Shown in pieces: positions 59,160 through 64,000 of a stretch of DNA of 64,000 nt. The stretch is from the NCBI GenBank assembly GCA_963665095.1, contig OY762069.1, positions 5,024,001 to 5,088,000 of the forward strand. The letters are read 5' to 3'. The notes beneath the pieces are model-generated. The model was not told where the DNA came from, searched no databases, and saw only the letters and a program-made list of their open reading frames with translations. The translations under genes were made by a program, and so were the position numbers. The DNA comes from an uncultured Desulfobacter sp. GTDB lineage: Bacteria; Desulfobacterota; Desulfobacteria; Desulfobacterales; Desulfobacteraceae. Numbering within the stretch: position 1 is the first letter of the stretch; every line of letters begins with the position of its first letter.

Positions 59160-61031
59160 ATGTGCGGAATAATTGCCTATTTTTCATTCTCAGGGATGCC
59201 GATAACCGGCCATCTTATAGAGCAGATGAACCATACCCAGAGATTACGGGGACCGGATCATTCTGAGCAGGTTTTAATAGAAGATGGGAAAATTGGTCTG
59301 GCCCACACCCGGCTGTCTATTATCGACCTGTCATCCCAGGCAAACCAGCCCATGTGTACAAGCGATAAAAAACGCTGGATTGTTTTTAACGGAGAGATCT
59401 ACAATTTTAAACAGGTTCGTGAAAAACTCTCCGGTGCAGGTGCTGTATTTCGGACCCGGTCTGATACGGAAGTGCTGTTGGAAGCCCTTTCTAAGTGGGG
59501 CATAGACGCCCTTGAAATGGTAGAGGGTATTTTTTCTTTTGCCTATGTTGACATGGAAAAAGGCTATCTTCTGGCCGCAAGGGACAGGGTTGGCGTGAAG
59601 CCTCTGGCTTATTTGAAAACCGATCAGTTTATCTGTTTCGCATCCACCCTGACCCCGTTGACGCTACTGCCCGGGTTTTCCAGGGAGATTGACCAGATCG
59701 CCAAATTTGAGATGCTGACATCCAAATATGTCGTGTCACCAAGAAGTATTTACAAGCAGATTCGCAAAGTTGAGCCGGGTACCTGGATGAAAATTTCTTT
59801 TTCCGGGAACGTGTCAACCGGAGAATACTGGTCACTCAAAACCTGCAAAAAAGCCCTAAGCATTAAGGCGCGGAATGAAATCTCAGGGATTAATGCTCTG
59901 AAATTTGCCTTAAAAAATGCCGTTCAACGGCAGTTGACGGCCGATGTCCCTGTGGGCGTATTTCTTTCGGGAGGAATTGATTCTGCCCTTATGGCGGCCA
60001 TTGCAAGTGAATATGATGGTAACTTGAAAAGTTTTACGGTGGGGTATAAGGAACCGGGGGTGGATGAGTCAGAAGATGCCAGGGCTACGGCAAAGATTCT
60101 GGGAACAAACCATCAGGAGCTCATCGTCACCCCGGATCAGGTCATCGATATTGCCCAGTCTGTTTTCCGGGTATATGACGAACCCTTTGGCGATGCCTCG
60201 GCAATCCCAACCTATCTGGTGAGCCGGTTTGCTTCACAGCAGGTAAAGGTGGTACTTTCCGGTGACGGGGGAGATGAGCAGTTTTTCGGGTATTTAAGAT
60301 ATCACAGGATGGCACTGATAGGCCGGTTGATACGGCAACGACCGGATTGGCTTAAGAAAATACTTTTGCTGTTGGATAAAGCGCGGCCCAGGCCTGTTGT
60401 CTGGCATGCCCTGACGGCTGCCTTAGGATTTCCCGATGAGGAGACTCGATACACTCATTATCTGCTTGATAATTTTGCATGTCTGGCCGAACTGGCCGGG
60501 GGCGGACCTGCATCCACTCTCTGGCAATGTGGCCATTATGATAAAAACAGCCGGGGGCATTTGGCCGCAGATAGTTTACAGGAAGGAATGATGTTTGCGG
60601 ATATTCTGAATTACCTTCCTAACGATTGCCTCACAAAAGTTGACCGGGCCTCCATGGCCAATTCTGTTGAAGTTAGAGTTCCCTTGCTTGATGAATATGT
60701 GCTTAATGAAAGCCTTACCATTCCCATATCCATGAAGTGGAGAGCAGGACAGGGAAAATACATTACAAGGCGAATCCTGGAAGAGTACCTCCCGAAAGCA
60801 TATCTAAACCGGCCTAAAAAGGGGTTTGGTGTCCCTTTGAATAAGTGGCTGTTCAATGAAATGGAAGATTTTACCATGGCGCTTTTGACAAAAAAAAATC
60901 TGGAAAAGGCAGACCTGGATTATACTGGGGTGCAAAAAATAATCAAACACCACCGCTCCGGGCGGTACGACCACCAGTATTTTCTCTGGCCTTTATGCTG
61001 TTATGTTTCGTGGATACTTGCCGGTGCATAA
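59160..61031 (+). CDS. asnB: Second asparagine synthase-like glutamine amidotransferase
   Basis: MCGII, RGPD, FNGEIYN, LSGGIDS, SGDGGDE, KVDRASM. Confidence 0.93.
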   Translation: MCGIIAYFSFSGMPITGHLIEQMNHTQRLRGPDHSEQVLIEDGKIGLAHTRLSIIDLSSQANQPMCTSDKKRWIVFNGEIYNFKQVREKLSGAGAVFRTRSDTEVLLEALSKWGIDALEMVEGIFSFAYVDMEKGYLLAARDRVGVKPLAYLKTDQFICFASTLTPLTLLPGFSREIDQIAKFEMLTSKYVVSPRSIYKQIRKVEPGTWMKISFSGNVSTGEYWSLKTCKKALSIKARNEISGINALKFALKNAVQRQLTADVPVGVFLSGGIDSALMAAIASEYDGNLKSFTVGYKEPGVDESEDARATAKILGTNHQELIVTPDQVIDIAQSVFRVYDEPFGDASAIPTYLVSRFASQQVKVVLSGDGGDEQFFGYLRYHRMALIGRLIRQRPDWLKKILLLLDKARPRPVVWHALTAALGFPDEETRYTHYLLDNFACLAELAGGGPASTLWQCGHYDKNSRGHLAADSLQEGMMFADILNYLPNDCLTKVDRASMANSVEVRVPLLDEYVLNESLTIPISMKWRAGQGKYITRRILEEYLPKAYLNRPKKGFGVPLNKWLFNEMEDFTMALLTKKNLEKADLDYTGVQKIIKHHRSGRYDHQYFLWPLCCYVSWILAGA

Positions 61032-62163
61032 AAATAACACTGTAGCAGCAGCAAAAGGAAATAAGGGAAAGAACATTCGACTGGTTTTTGTGTCTACCCT
61101 TGTCTATAACTATTTTTTTCCAGGCAGAGTAAAACAGGCAGGTGGGCAAACCCGTATTTATAATCTTGCCAGAAGTTTTGCCCGTTTAAAAGGGTATGAG
61201 GTATTTTGTCTGGTTGGCGATTTTGGCCAGCCTGAGCGGGTTGTCCGGGAAAACGTCACCCTGGTAAAGTCCAGGATCGACCAGCCTTTGGCTGTATTCC
61301 AGGTCGCCAGGGTTTTAAAATTATTAGACCCCGATATTATCCTGGATTTCTGTGCCTCCCCAAGACTGTTTCTTTATGCCGTGCTGAAGCGGATGTTGCA
61401 AATAAAAATTGTATTTTTTACCGGTAGTGACAACGATGTGAACGGCGGGTATAAAAAGGTTGAGAATCCAGTTTTTGACCTTTTTTACAGGATCGGATTA
61501 AGGCATGCAGATGATATTATAGCCCAGGTACCGCTTCATCAAACGCTTCTAAGAAAAAAATTTGGTTTGAAGTCCAGGCTGGTCCTTTCTCCTTATCTTG
61601 AGATGCCACCTTTGGAAAGAGTGGATAAAGATATAATTCTCTGGGTTGGCAGAGCCGCATATTATAAGAACCCAGAACTCTTTGTTCAGCTTGCCCGGGC
61701 GCATCCCGGGGAAAAATTTGTCATGATTTGCAATACCAGCCCATATGATAACGGATTCATGGATAGTATAAAGAAAAGGCTGGATGACATACCGAATCTG
61801 GAATTCTATGAATATGTCCCTTTCCCCGCAATGGAAAGCTATTACAGCCGTGCAAAACTTCTTGTGAATACATCTGATTTTGAGGGATTTCCCAATACTT
61901 TCATTGAAGCTGCTGTCAAGGCCACTCCGGTCTTGTCCCTAAATTCAGATCCCAACGCAATGCTATCCATCCGTGGCGGTGGGCGCTGCTGTAACGGAGA
62001 TGTCCAATGCATGGGACGCCAGTTAAAACAGATGCTGGCCAAGGAGTCAATGCTGGCAGAGATGGGGCGCTGCATTTTTAATTATGCCAACCGGTTCCAC
62101 CGTCTGGAAAGCGCTGTCAGGAAGCTGGACATGTGTTTCAGGAAGGTTCTGTGGGAAAGTTAA
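61003..62163 (+). CDS. GT4 glycosyltransferase; start uncertain
   Basis: WVGR..YKNPE, TSDFEGFPNTFIEA. Confidence 0.88.
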   Translation: MFRGYLPVHKNNTVAAAKGNKGKNIRLVFVSTLVYNYFFPGRVKQAGGQTRIYNLARSFARLKGYEVFCLVGDFGQPERVVRENVTLVKSRIDQPLAVFQVARVLKLLDPDIILDFCASPRLFLYAVLKRMLQIKIVFFTGSDNDVNGGYKKVENPVFDLFYRIGLRHADDIIAQVPLHQTLLRKKFGLKSRLVLSPYLEMPPLERVDKDIILWVGRAAYYKNPELFVQLARAHPGEKFVMICNTSPYDNGFMDSIKKRLDDIPNLEFYEYVPFPAMESYYSRAKLLVNTSDFEGFPNTFIEAAVKATPVLSLNSDPNAMLSIRGGGRCCNGDVQCMGRQLKQMLAKESMLAEMGRCIFNYANRFHRLESAVRKLDMCFRKVLWES

Positions 62164-62576
62164 ATCATAGCGGGTTCACCCTGATAGAGACGCTTGTAGC
62201 CGTCATTGTGCTTTCCATTTGTATTGTAGTTATTATGCAGGTCTTTTCCTCCGGCCTTAAAGCGCTTCCATCAACCCAGAACTATTTGAAGGCTTTTCTT
62301 TATGCCCGGAACAAAATGGAGCAGGTCCTGTTGACAGGGAACTTTCAGCAGGGTGAGAGCTCCGGCTCCCAGGCCGACGGTACTTTTTCATGGCAGATGA
62401 ATATCAGTGAAGAGTCCTTTGATACCGACGATGAAGAAAGTGACCAAAGCTCAGGAAAAACGAATAAAGGCAGTTCGAATTTTCTTTTTTACAGGATTGA
62501 CCTCAGCGTATTCTGGCATCAGGGAGACAAAGAAAAAAACTACAGTCTGTCAACGCTGGTGACTAAAGAGAAGTAA
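62151..62576 (+). CDS. gspI: Minor pseudopilin GspI-like
   Basis: G|FTLIE plus hydrophobic helix, ARNKMEQ, terminal YSLSTL strand. GTG start overlaps the upstream GT4. Confidence 0.8.
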   Translation: MGKLNHSGFTLIETLVAVIVLSICIVVIMQVFSSGLKALPSTQNYLKAFLYARNKMEQVLLTGNFQQGESSGSQADGTFSWQMNISEESFDTDDEESDQSSGKTNKGSSNFLFYRIDLSVFWHQGDKEKNYSLSTLVTKEK

Positions 62577-62580
62577 AAAT

Positions 62581-63195
62581 TTGTCTTTAAACCGGGCCAA
62601 TATCAGCAACGCTGGCTTTACCCTGATGGAGCTTTTGATCTCAATCAGTGTAATTATGATGATCATGGCGGTCGCAGCAGGCGCCTTTCGACTGGGATTT
62701 AAAGCCGTGGAAAAAGGGGAAACAGCCATTGATGATCAGCAGCGGCTTATTATTGCGGTAAATTACATATCTGACCAGTTACAGGCTGTCTGTCTGGATA
62801 AAAAAGCTTTGTTCCAAGGCTCAAAAGATAGTCTTGTTTTTCAGTCTAAGGTTGTCAGTTCCTATGAAGACCAGTCTTTAAGACAGGTCGAATTCGGGCT
62901 GGCCAAGAAAGAGGGCGATAAAGAGGGGTGTGGTGACGTTCAGGTTTCAACCAAAAAGGCATTTCCGTTGACAGAGGATGAAAAAGAGGCTGATAAAGAG
63001 ACACTGCTTTCTGGCGTAGAATCGTTTTCGATCGCTTATCTTCAGAGTCCTGACCTGGAAAAAGGCTGGCTGGATACCTGGGAAAATGAGATATATTTCC
63101 CCCTGGCAGTTAAAGTTGAATTTATATTTGAGGCACAGCCGGTGACCATACTGGTGAGAATATTGAGGAGATCAAAAAAGCTTGAAAATGCTTAA
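62581..63195 (+). CDS. gspJ: Minor pseudopilin GspJ-like
   Basis: G|FTLME, LLSGVESFSIAY, WLDTW...PLAVKV. Confidence 0.8.
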   Translation: MSLNRANISNAGFTLMELLISISVIMMIMAVAAGAFRLGFKAVEKGETAIDDQQRLIIAVNYISDQLQAVCLDKKALFQGSKDSLVFQSKVVSSYEDQSLRQVEFGLAKKEGDKEGCGDVQVSTKKAFPLTEDEKEADKETLLSGVESFSIAYLQSPDLEKGWLDTWENEIYFPLAVKVEFIFEAQPVTILVRILRRSKKLENA

Positions 63196-64000
63196 AAGTG
63201 CTGTAAAAGGAACATCGGATTTCTTGTCCGATATGCCGGGATGGTTTTTCTGGAGTTTTCTGTTCATCCTGACCTGGACCCTGACCCTGACAAAAATTAT
63301 TAACCTGGATTTATGGTGGCACCTGGCCTGCGGGAAATTCTTTGTGGAAAACGGATTCTATCCACCCACAGGGACTTTTACGTTCTCCCCGGTAAATCCA
63401 ACCACATCAAATATTAAAACATGGTTTGGGGATATCGTTTTCTACCTGGTCTATTTTGCAGGGCGTGAAACAGGGCTTCAGGTTTTCAGAGTGGTAATGA
63501 CTGCGGTTCCTTTATGCCTTGCCGCATTGATAGCCAGAAAAAAATATAATTTGTGGCTGGTGGCGTTTGGGCTCCTTCTGATATCCGGAACGCTTCAAAT
63601 GCAACTGTTAAGGAATTCAATATTTATTTTGCTTTTCATGCCTCTGATTATGGGAATCTGGTGGTACATCAAGAAAAAGAATAAGCCTAAATATTATTAT
63701 CTGGTGCTGTTGTATATCCCCATCATGGGGCTTTGGAGCATCATGCACGGATACGCCTTGGTCGGGTGCTACATTGTCTTCATCATTTTTATCGGAGATG
63801 TTCTGGATGGCGTTATTCGGAAGTCTTCACATCGCCTTTTTAAAACAGGCATTTTTCTGGTTGCTGTGGTTTGCATGGCTTTTGTTGTCAATTTAAACCT
63901 TTCATTGGGTTTAAAACACACTGTAGTCTCTTTCTGGGGGAGTCTTTCCGATCATCCGTCACAGGGGACTGAAACAATCAGGCCGGACTCCAAAGATGAG
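63188..64000 (+). CDS. Multi-TM membrane protein, putative GT-C-fold glycosyltransferase (partial, runs off the window; not in ORF track)
   Basis: Open from ATG 63188 to the window end: first TM, then DLWWHLACG...FTFSP...WFGDIVFY, many TMs and LWSIMHG. Start overlaps the gspJ stop. Confidence 0.65.
   Translation, partial: MLKSAVKGTSDFLSDMPGWFFWSFLFILTWTLTLTKIINLDLWWHLACGKFFVENGFYPPTGTFTFSPVNPTTSNIKTWFGDIVFYLVYFAGRETGLQVFRVVMTAVPLCLAALIARKKYNLWLVAFGLLLISGTLQMQLLRNSIFILLFMPLIMGIWWYIKKKNKPKYYYLVLLYIPIMGLWSIMHGYALVGCYIVFIIFIGDVLDGVIRKSSHRLFKTGIFLVAVVCMAFVVNLNLSLGLKHTVVSFWGSLSDHPSQGTETIRPDSKDE

Noticed and set aside
36208..62163. PEP-CTERM/exosortase or Wzy-dependent EPS locus
   Set aside because: AsnB-type genes occur in such loci, but no exosortase, PEP-CTERM tail, Wzx, Wzy, Wzc or Wza was recognised in this window.
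1..64000. CRISPR arrays, tRNA/rRNA genes, riboswitches, selenocysteine read-through
   Set aside because: By eye, no regularly spaced repeats, cloverleafs, riboswitch consensus or in-frame TGA in conserved enzymes. A covariance-model scan would be needed to exclude ncRNAs.

Overview
The window looks like a chromosome segment from a Desulfobacterales-type anaerobe; the taxon is inferred from gene content only. It has three parts. (1) 1-2.9 kb is decayed accessory DNA: a long imperfect palindrome, a frameshifted caspase-like fragment coupled to a truncated HRDC-family gene (possible diversity-generating retroelement remnant), a Phd/YefM-RelE toxin-antitoxin pair, an AAA-ATPase pseudogene, a partial REP/MITE-like repeat and an unannotated 36-aa membrane peptide. 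(2) 3-31.8 kb is a GC-richer housekeeping block: heterodimeric ABC exporter, O-methyltransferase, two PilZ proteins, EamA transporter, a three-gene 2-oxoacid oxidoreductase, etfBA with a GntR regulator, MOT1-type transporter, tsaA, a FapA/DUF342 gene, and mce-sucCD-frdCAB-fumarase. (3) 32.4 kb to the end is one co-oriented AT-rich run of more than 31 kb. Type II secretion genes gspE-F-G-H and gspI-J are separated by 23 glycan synthesis and decoration genes, with overlapping reading frames at both junctions. A GT-C-like membrane protein, missing from the ORF track, follows gspJ where gspK normally sits. This T2SS/pseudopilus plus glycosylation locus is the best candidate for a new system. I saw no rRNA, tRNA, CRISPR array or intact transposase. 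All product calls come from motif recognition, not database searches.
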